From an uncultured candidatus Porisulfidus sp. (lineage in GTDB: Bacteria > Pseudomonadota > Gammaproteobacteria > Poriferisulfidales > Poriferisulfidaceae), in assembly GCA_965204575.1 (NCBI GenBank), contig OZ241993.1:736001-800000 (forward strand): a DNA stretch of 64,000 nucleotides, read 5' to 3'. The notes under the pieces were generated by a model that was given only the letters and a program-made list of their open reading frames with translations, was not told where the DNA came from and searched no databases. How positions within the stretch are numbered: position 1 is the stretch's first letter; every line of letters begins with the position of its first letter. Position numbers and translations under genes: made by a program. Shown here piece after piece: positions 57,171 through 64,000 of this stretch.

Positions 57171-58367
57171 TCAGGCCGGGCGCAGCGAATAGCGGGATAA
57201 CCGCCGCGCAAACTGCTGAAGCCCGGCGATGCCGGTTTGTTCAGCTTCCGAGCACCACTCGTTCAGCCGGGTCCGCATGATCCGGTAGCCCTCGTTGCGG
57301 GCGCGGATGATTTCCTGCAGCCGCTGTTGGTAGCGGACGACTTCTTGCACCCGGGGGCATTGCGACAAGATCTGCTGAAACTGGTCGTGATCGAATGGCG
57401 TCAGCCGGTGCTCCAAGGTCGGCAGCATCTTGATCAGCCGTTTGAGTCGGCGGCGGTAGTGCCCGGTTGCGTTGCGCATCTCGGCGCGCAACGTGGGAAG
57501 CAGCACTTTCCGGGCGTATTGGCCCATGACGGTGATCCGGCTGCTGATCAGGGCCTGCATCGTTTCTTGGTCGATCTGGGTTTTCGCATGGCGCAGCTTC
57601 AAGCGGGGTGCCTGATGCAGCACCTTGGCCATCCGCAGCATGCGCAGCAGGCGGATGTACATCCAGCCGATGTCGAACTCCCACCAGCGCATCGAAAACC
57701 GGGCCGAGGACGGATACGCGTGATGATTGTTGTGCATTTCCTCGCCGCCGATCAGGATGCCGATGTTGACGATGTTGGTGGAGAGGTCGTCCGTGGCGAA
57801 GGATCGATAGCCGAACCAGTGGCCGATGCCGTTGATCACGCCTGCGGCGAAAAACGGGATCCACATCATCTGGATCGCCCATATGGCAATCCCCGGCAGC
57901 CCGAACAGGATCAGTTGCACGAGCAGCAGCAGAATGATGCCGATGTTTCGACGGGGGGAATACAGGCGCCGTTCCAGGAAATCGTCTGGCGTGCCGCTGC
58001 CGTAACGGCGCAGGGTGTCTTCCCGTGCGGCTTCCTTCTGGTACAGGTTGACGCCGTCCCACAGTACGGCGCGAATCCCGGAGACGGCCGGGCTGTGCGG
58101 GTCGTCGCAGGTCTCGCAGGTCGCATGGTGCTTGCGGTGCACCGCCACCCACTCCCGGGTCTCCATGCCGGTGGTCAGCCAGAGCCAGAACCGGAAGAAG
58201 TGTTGAACCAGCGGATTCAGGCGTAATCCCCGGTGAGCCTGCTCGCGGTGCAGGAAAAGTGTCACCGCCACGATGGTGATATGGGTCAGCCCCAAAACCA
58301 GGAGGAAATAGCCCCACACCGGCAGCAAGAACAGGCCGTGCCAGAAGGCGATCAGTTCGCTTGTCAA
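57171..58367 (-). CDS. desA: Membrane fatty-acid (delta-9 acyl-CoA) desaturase, DesA-like
   Basis: His boxes LHREQAH, HRKHH and HNNHH. Start uncertain (TTG at 58367 or 58421). Confidence 0.88.
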   Translation of the reverse strand: MTSELIAFWHGLFLLPVWGYFLLVLGLTHITIVAVTLFLHREQAHRGLRLNPLVQHFFRFWLWLTTGMETREWVAVHRKHHATCETCDDPHSPAVSGIRAVLWDGVNLYQKEAAREDTLRRYGSGTPDDFLERRLYSPRRNIGIILLLLVQLILFGLPGIAIWAIQMMWIPFFAAGVINGIGHWFGYRSFATDDLSTNIVNIGILIGGEEMHNNHHAYPSSARFSMRWWEFDIGWMYIRLLRMLRMAKVLHQAPRLKLRHAKTQIDQETMQALISSRITVMGQYARKVLLPTLRAEMRNATGHYRRRLKRLIKMLPTLEHRLTPFDHDQFQQILSQCPRVQEVVRYQQRLQEIIRARNEGYRIMRTRLNEWCSEAEQTGIAGLQQFARRLSRYSLRPA

Positions 58368-58389
58368 GGCAATGTGTGGGTCAGGAGAA

Positions 58390-60348
58390 TCAGGGTTCGC
58401 GTTGCAGCCGGATATTACCATACGCGTCCACTTCGGCGCGCCAGTCGGGGGAGACCCGGATCGTGGCGGTATCCTCCAGGATGATGGCCGGTCCCTTCAT
58501 TGTCTGCCCGATCGCCAGTTCGGCGCGCGAATAGACGGGAACCGGATCGTCAAGGCCGTACACCGCCACGCGATCGAAGGGGTCTGCCGGTTCCTGCACC
58601 GTCCAGGGAGGCAGGGTTGGCGGGGGAGCCGGATCCCTCAGGTTGAGCCGGAGGTTGACCAGCTCGACCGGCATGTCAAGCGTGTAGCCATAGCATTCCC
58701 GGTGATGCGCATGAAAATCCGCCTCCGTCCGGGCGATCGAGACCCAGGGCAGGCGCAGGACTTCGGATTGCCCCTTGTAACGCAGGTCCAGGTCTCGCGT
58801 TTGCCGCCAGGCCCGCGAAACCTCACCCCCGGTCTCTTCGTGTATTTGCTCGGCGAGCGTGTCGAAGCGCTGCTCGATTTCAGCCTCGTCCATGTCCTGC
58901 AAGCGGCCCGGGACGGTCTGGGAGAGTTCCCGACCTTGCGGCGCCAGCAGCAGGCCTAAGGCAGAGAAGATCCCGGCGTGCACTGGAATCATCGCCTGCG
59001 TCATCGACAGCGCGTCCGCCAGTTCGCACAAGTGCAAGCCGCCGGCTCCCCCGAATGCCATCAGCACGAAATCCTTCGGGTTATGTCCTTGGCGTACCGA
59101 GACGACGCGAAGCGCCTGCGCCATGTTTTCATTCACCAGGTGGACGATGCCTTGCGCGGTCTCGTTCGAATCCAGTTCCAATTCCTGTGCCAGTCGACCG
59201 ACCGCCAACTTTGCGGCTTCAACATCCAGGGGAAGGTCTCCCGCCAGACGGGTTTGCGCCGGCAGCCATCCCAGCACGACATTCGCATCGGTCACAGTCG
59301 GTTCCGTGCCCCCTCGCGCGTAGCAAGCAGGGCCAGGCCGGCTCCCGGCGGAACGCGGACCCACCCGGAGCAGATGGCCGCTGTCGCGATACGCCAACGA
59401 TCCTCCGCCCGCGCCAATGGTATGCATATCCGCCATCGGTACCGAGACCGGCCAGCCGCCGATCTTCCCCTTGGAAGTCATCTTGATGTCGCCGTCGATC
59501 AGTGCCACATCAGTGGAGGTCCCGCCCATGTCCAGGCTCAGGATTCGCCCGCATCCGGCCTGGCGGCCGATTTGAAGGGCCGCAGCCAGTCCGCCCGCCG
59601 GACCAGACAGCAAAAGCCGCACCGCATGGCGGGCGGCCAACTGACCCGGCAAGGTGGCCCCGTGGCTTTGCATGGTATCCAGCCGAGCTTTCGGCAGGGA
59701 CTGATGCAGTTCATCGATATATCGACCGACCCGCGGGCCGACGTAACTGTTCAGCCAGGTTGCCATGCCGCGCTCGTATTCGCGGATTTCCGGCAGGACT
59801 TCGGAAGACCGGGAGACAAACAGGCCTTTCGGCAGGGCCTCCTCGATCCGCCGCTCGTGGCGGTCGTCCAGGAACGAGAACAGGAAATTGATGGCCACCG
59901 CCTCGGGTTTCAGGGCTTCGATCTTGCGGCACAGTTCATCCAGGTCCGCCTCGGTCAGCGACTCCAGTTCCTCCCCGTCGAATGCCAGGCGCCCACCGGT
60001 TTCGAGACAAAGGTCCGCCGGAACGGGCGGCTCTTCGAGAGGGGGCGTCAGGTTATACAGTTCGGAGCGGGCTTGGCGTCCCAGGCTCAAGATGTCGGCG
60101 AATCCGCGGTTGGTGATGTAGACGCAACGGGCGCCCTTGCGCTCCAACACGGCATTGGTGGCGACGGTCGTTCCGTGAACCAGGTGAAAAGCCTGCTGCA
60201 GGTCGATGCCCAGCTCCCGAAGGCCGTGCAGGATCGCCCGCGCCGGGTAATCCGGATCGGATGGCACCTTGTGGACTCGCCACGTTTCGCCGTCCAGCAC
60301 GGTGAAGTCCGTGAATGTGCCGCCGGTATCAATGCCGATGGGCATCAT
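58390..60348 (-). CDS. Hydantoinase A / 5-oxoprolinase ATP-binding subunit
   Basis: GIDTGGTFTD, HGTTVATNA, LSGPAGG, DMGGTSTD, TIGAGGGS and FGGAGGLH. Confidence 0.92.
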   Translation of the reverse strand: MMPIGIDTGGTFTDFTVLDGETWRVHKVPSDPDYPARAILHGLRELGIDLQQAFHLVHGTTVATNAVLERKGARCVYITNRGFADILSLGRQARSELYNLTPPLEEPPVPADLCLETGGRLAFDGEELESLTEADLDELCRKIEALKPEAVAINFLFSFLDDRHERRIEEALPKGLFVSRSSEVLPEIREYERGMATWLNSYVGPRVGRYIDELHQSLPKARLDTMQSHGATLPGQLAARHAVRLLLSGPAGGLAAALQIGRQAGCGRILSLDMGGTSTDVALIDGDIKMTSKGKIGGWPVSVPMADMHTIGAGGGSLAYRDSGHLLRVGPRSAGSRPGPACYARGGTEPTVTDANVVLGWLPAQTRLAGDLPLDVEAAKLAVGRLAQELELDSNETAQGIVHLVNENMAQALRVVSVRQGHNPKDFVLMAFGGAGGLHLCELADALSMTQAMIPVHAGIFSALGLLLAPQGRELSQTVPGRLQDMDEAEIEQRFDTLAEQIHEETGGEVSRAWRQTRDLDLRYKGQSEVLRLPWVSIARTEADFHAHHRECYGYTLDMPVELVNLRLNLRDPAPPPTLPPWTVQEPADPFDRVAVYGLDDPVPVYSRAELAIGQTMKGPAIILEDTATIRVSPDWRAEVDAYGNIRLQREP

Positions 60349-60418
60349 CTGCTTGCATTCGACCCGATGTTAAAATGTAGATTCTTCTGAGAGGCCGTTG
60401 GTTCCGGCGTTTTTGTTC

Positions 60419-61405
60419 ATGTCTTCGAGGTTGCCAAGCTTCCAAATCGAGTATTTTTCGGATCCGGTTTTTCCTCAACACTCCGAACAAACCATTGTGC
60501 GTATCTTATACGGTGCGCGCACGGAGGCGGGTGAATCCGGGCTGGAATTGGGGTTGCCGCCGCTGGGCGTTCCGGCCCTGTGCGAGCATTGGACCAGCGA
60601 CTGTATCGAGCGGCGTGGAGAAAGCCGGGGATTCCGGTTTGTCTGCTTTGGCTCGCGGATGTTCGCGTACGCGGTGTTCAAGGAGGATTCCCTGGACCTT
60701 GAAGCTCTCACGCAACAGGTTTATCGCGACCTGCTTCGGCTTGCACGGGAACAGGGATATCCCTGGATATTGCGCGTATGGAACTATTTTCCGGATATTG
60801 TGGGGTCGGCCGGAGACCTCAACCGCTACCAGTCATTCTGCGAAGGCCGTCGCCGGGCTCTGATGGAAGATGGGCGGGGGGCCGACCAGTCGCTGCCCGC
60901 GGTGACCACCTCGGGCAGCTTTGCGCCGGGATTCGCCGTGTATTTTCTGGCTGGGAAGGAAGCCGGCCAGTCGCTGGAAAACCCCCGACAAACGGCCCCT
61001 TCGGACTATCCCGAGCACTTGGGGCCTCACGGTCCTTCATTTTGCCGCGGCGTCTCGCATGCGGCTGACGGGCAAGCCGCCCTGTACCTGTCCGGGACCG
61101 CCAGCATCACGGGACACGAAACGCAACATCGCGGGGATGCGGCGGCGCAGGCCCGGGAAGTTCTGCACAATCATGCAGCCGTGATCGAACAGGCCCGCAT
61201 CGAGGGCGCATCGCGCCCCGAGCGGCTTCACGACCTCCCGTTCGAGAAGGTCTATCTGGCGAATCCGGAGAATCTGCCGCAAGTACAGGATGAAGTGAGG
61301 GCCATCATCGGTCCGGACACACCGTGTTATTTCCTGCATAGTTGCTTGTGCCGGAACGATCTTCTCTTGGAGATGGAAAGCACTATCTTCGATGAGTCTG
61401 CTTAA
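60419..61405 (+). CDS. Chorismatase, FkbO/Hyg5/XanB2 family
   Basis: LRVWNY, RYQSFCEGR, ENPRQ, SFCR, SGTASI and CRNDLLLEME. Confidence 0.78.
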   Translation: MSSRLPSFQIEYFSDPVFPQHSEQTIVRILYGARTEAGESGLELGLPPLGVPALCEHWTSDCIERRGESRGFRFVCFGSRMFAYAVFKEDSLDLEALTQQVYRDLLRLAREQGYPWILRVWNYFPDIVGSAGDLNRYQSFCEGRRRALMEDGRGADQSLPAVTTSGSFAPGFAVYFLAGKEAGQSLENPRQTAPSDYPEHLGPHGPSFCRGVSHAADGQAALYLSGTASITGHETQHRGDAAAQAREVLHNHAAVIEQARIEGASRPERLHDLPFEKVYLANPENLPQVQDEVRAIIGPDTPCYFLHSCLCRNDLLLEMESTIFDESA

Positions 61406-62204
61406 CCTTCCTCACGCGGTTCCCCGAGTCATCCTGTTCGACTGGCACGCCACGCTGGTGGACACGCACGACGCGATGTACCACGCGATCGATGAAATCC
61501 TGCCCAGGCTGAGGGACTTGGGGTTGTACGAGCGAATGATTTCGGTCAAGCAAAGCCGGACTCTCGAGGATGCCAAGCTGGTCCAGTATGTGCGCCAGCA
61601 CGGGCAGCTGCACCCCAAGGTCCGAAAAGCCCGGAAAGTCTCGAGGACCGACATCTTCGAAGTCCTGTTCGGACACGACCAGGAAGCCAAGGACATGGCG
61701 CACCGCGCGTTTGATGCCGCCTACCGGACCCATTGCGGGGAGGTGACGCCGCTGGAGCCGGACGTTTTGAAGACGATGGAGCACCTGCGGGAAATGGAGA
61801 TTCGCCTGGGCCTCCTGAGCAACCGCAACCGGGAGTTCGTGGAGCAGGAAATCGAAGCACTTGGAGAAGACGGCTGGCGGGAGAGTTTCGACACGATGGT
61901 CTGCGGCGATGACGTGCCGAGGCGCAAGCCGCATCCGGACCAGGTCCAGGCCGCGCTCAGCCGTCTCGGTGAACGCGCCGGCCTTCATTGCTGGTACGTC
62001 GGGGACAGCACGACCGACGTGGCGGCCGCCTGCAAGGCAAAAATCGCGGCGGTGTTCTACAACGGGGCAAACTGGAAACAGGACTGGATCGATCGGATTT
62101 TCCCCGGCACCGTAAGCTATCCACACCGCCCGCACGCGGTGGTGGCCAACCTGCACGAACTGCTGCACCAGGTGCGGATACTGAAGTACGCAGTCTCCGA
62201 ATAG
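61392..62204 (+). CDS. HAD-superfamily hydrolase
   Basis: LFDWHATLVDT, LSNR, KPHPD and YVGDSTTD. Confidence 0.82.
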   Translation: MSLLNLPHAVPRVILFDWHATLVDTHDAMYHAIDEILPRLRDLGLYERMISVKQSRTLEDAKLVQYVRQHGQLHPKVRKARKVSRTDIFEVLFGHDQEAKDMAHRAFDAAYRTHCGEVTPLEPDVLKTMEHLREMEIRLGLLSNRNREFVEQEIEALGEDGWRESFDTMVCGDDVPRRKPHPDQVQAALSRLGERAGLHCWYVGDSTTDVAAACKAKIAAVFYNGANWKQDWIDRIFPGTVSYPHRPHAVVANLHELLHQVRILKYAVSE

Positions 62205-62214
62205 TGTGGCGCGC

Positions 62215-62559
62215 CTAGGATTCCGGGATTTCCAGCCGGGTCTGCCATTCCACGTGCAACGCGTTTTCTTTCAGGTTCGGCCCCTTGGGGCCGCCATGCG
62301 AGACGCTGTGGCTTTGCGGGCCGTACACGTAGTCCAGATAGGCGAATACCGCATCTGCCAGGCCCACGCAGGGTAGGGTGAAGTCGGACGTCACCTGCGG
62401 CTGGTCCTCGCCGTCGACCTGGATGACGTGCGCCATGTGGTGGGCGTGCAGCTTGCCCTGGTACTCGACGTCGAACAGTACCTTCGACACCAGGGTCTGG
62501 CCTTCTTGACGGACCTCGTCCGGGAACAGGCCGTGGAACGTGAACAGAGCGGAAGACAT
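62215..62559 (-). CDS. Hypothetical protein
   Basis: 114-aa ORF with host-like codon usage filling the gap; no family recognised. Confidence 0.6.
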   Translation of the reverse strand: MSSALFTFHGLFPDEVRQEGQTLVSKVLFDVEYQGKLHAHHMAHVIQVDGEDQPQVTSDFTLPCVGLADAVFAYLDYVYGPQSHSVSHGGPKGPNLKENALHVEWQTRLEIPES

Positions 62560-62583
62560 GGTGAGGAAGAGTAATATAGCTAT

Positions 62584-62805
62584 ATGGTATACCGACTTGA
62601 GACGGCCGTCGCCGTATTCGAACTGCGCCAGGAACCGCTTGGCATGTGGGACCTGTGGGTGGACGACACCCCGACCCTGACGTTCCTCTCTCCGGAGGAA
62701 GCGGCCCAGGCGGTGGCCGACAAGGAGTCCGGCTATTCCGTCTGGGACAACGACGAAAGCGAGGCTCCGGCGGACCTTTCCGACTGGGAGCAGGTCGAAG
62801 AATAA
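62584..62805 (+). CDS. Small acidic hypothetical protein
   Basis: 73-aa ORF with a Trp-rich pattern (SPEEAA...GYSVWD...PADLSDW), followed by a hairpin. Confidence 0.6.
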   Translation: MVYRLETAVAVFELRQEPLGMWDLWVDDTPTLTFLSPEEAAQAVADKESGYSVWDNDESEAPADLSDWEQVEE

Positions 62806-62837
62806 CGGGAAGCTTGGTTCGGCGCCTCTACATATAA

Positions 62838-62863
62838 GGACAGGCGCCCGAAGGCGCCTGTCC
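62838..62863. terminator. Perfect hairpin between convergent genes
   Basis: GGACAGGCGCC-cgaa-GGCGCCTGTCC. Confidence 0.7.
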
Positions 62864-62884
62864 GATCATTGCCGAAAGCCGGGA

Positions 62885-64000
62885 TCAGCGGATGTGGTAT
62901 CCGGTCTCGTGATGCTGGCTGGTGTCCAGCCCGGCCAGTTCCTCGTCCGCATCGGCCCGCACCGGAGTGAAAAAGCCGACCAGTTTGATGACTACGGCCG
63001 TGAGGACGCCCGTCCAGACCAGCACGGCCAGTACGCCGATCACCTGTGTCGTCAACTGGCTGCCCATCGTCACGCCCATGCCCAATCCGGCGCCGCCGAG
63101 AGCCTCGGCCACGAACACACCGCACAAGATGGTTCCAAGTGCACCGCCGATGCCGTGCACTGCGAACACGTCCAGGGAGTCGTCGATCCGGAACTTCTGC
63201 TTGACCGCGTTGGTCACGATGAAGCACAGGAAGCCTGCACTTAGACCGATGACGATCGCGCCGACCGGGCCGACAAAGCCGGACGCCGGGGTGATGGATC
63301 CCAGCCCGGCCACCATGCCGGTGATGATGCCCAGCACTTTGGGCTTGCCGAAGTAGACCCAATCCGAAATCATCCAGGTCAGGGATGCAACCGCGGCGCT
63401 GATGTGCGTGACCAGCATGGCCATGCCGGCGTCGCCATTGGCGGCGACGGCGCTGCCGGCGTTGAAGCCGAACCAGCCGACCCAGAGCATGCCCGCACCC
63501 ATCACGCTCAGGGTGAGGTTGTGCGGTGGCATCAGGCGCCCCGGGAAACCATCCCTCGGGCCGAGCATGATGGCCGCGGTCAGGGCTGCCACTCCGGCCG
63601 TGAGGTGTACGACCAGTCCGCCCGCGAAATCAAGCACACCCATCTCGGCCAGCCAGCCGCCGCCCCAAACCCAGTGGCAGACCGGCAGATACACCAGGGT
63701 GATCCACAGGGCCGTGAACCAGAGCATGGCGGGGAAGCGCATGCGCTCGGCGAACCCCCCGATGACCAGTGCCGGGGTGATGATGACGAAGGTCAACTGG
63801 AACATGGCGAAGACCGTCTCCGGGATCGTTCCGGACATTGCATCCCGACCGACCTCGGCCAGGAACAGGTTGCCCAGCCCGCCGATCCAGGGATTGCCGG
63901 CCCCGCCGTCGCTGAATGCCAGGCTGTAGCCGTAGATGACCCACAGCACCGTGGCCAGGCAGGCAATTGAAAAGCACTGCATCAGCACGCTGAGGACATT
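62885..64000 (-). CDS. amtB: Ammonium transporter, 5' partial
   Basis: FQLTF, HWVWGGG, DFAGGLVVH, WVGWFGFNAGS and DDSLDVFAVHG. Confidence 0.96.
   Translation of the reverse strand, partial: NVLSVLMQCFSIACLATVLWVIYGYSLAFSDGGAGNPWIGGLGNLFLAEVGRDAMSGTIPETVFAMFQLTFVIITPALVIGGFAERMRFPAMLWFTALWITLVYLPVCHWVWGGGWLAEMGVLDFAGGLVVHLTAGVAALTAAIMLGPRDGFPGRLMPPHNLTLSVMGAGMLWVGWFGFNAGSAVAANGDAGMAMLVTHISAAVASLTWMISDWVYFGKPKVLGIITGMVAGLGSITPASGFVGPVGAIVIGLSAGFLCFIVTNAVKQKFRIDDSLDVFAVHGIGGALGTILCGVFVAEALGGAGLGMGVTMGSQLTTQVIGVLAVLVWTGVLTAVVIKLVGFFTPVRADADEELAGLDTSQHHETGYHIR

Noticed and set aside
57171-57600. C-terminal extension of the desaturase as a transposase fragment
   Set aside because: This helical tail is a usual part of proteobacterial DesA proteins; no IS ends seen.

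Overview
GC-rich chromosomal segment, most likely from a gammaproteobacterium (inferred from protein sequences and gene order such as nnr-tsaE-amiC, thiC-pcm-rhodanese-tolC-waaA and rpmB-rpmG). The backbone is housekeeping: xth, ampG, phoU, argD/argF/argA, hemH, priA, nadA, htpG, kdkA, waaA, tolC, thiC, desA and amtB. It is interrupted by many small, visibly lower-GC cassettes, and I saw no integrase or transposase. The cassettes are: an EcoRV-like type II R-M pair; hipBA; a Fic gene flanked by an HNH remnant and an internally deleted second Fic gene; a mazEF-like TA pair; a Doc-type TA pair whose toxin has no canonical start codon; a ~5.9 kb LPS-modification cassette (ManC-GT2 fusion, GT9, DUF6165-like gene, higB/higA-IrrE) bracketed by a duplicated 5' end of a GT9 heptosyltransferase gene; and an overlapping AAA-ATPase/DUF4143 gene plus a 1356-aa STAND/NACHT-like NTPase with a C-terminal PD-(D/E)xK nuclease. 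The best candidates for an undescribed system are the ATPase + STAND-nuclease pair and the TA-stabilised LPS cassette. I saw no rRNA, tRNA or CRISPR array. All family assignments come from motif recognition and memory, not from database searches.
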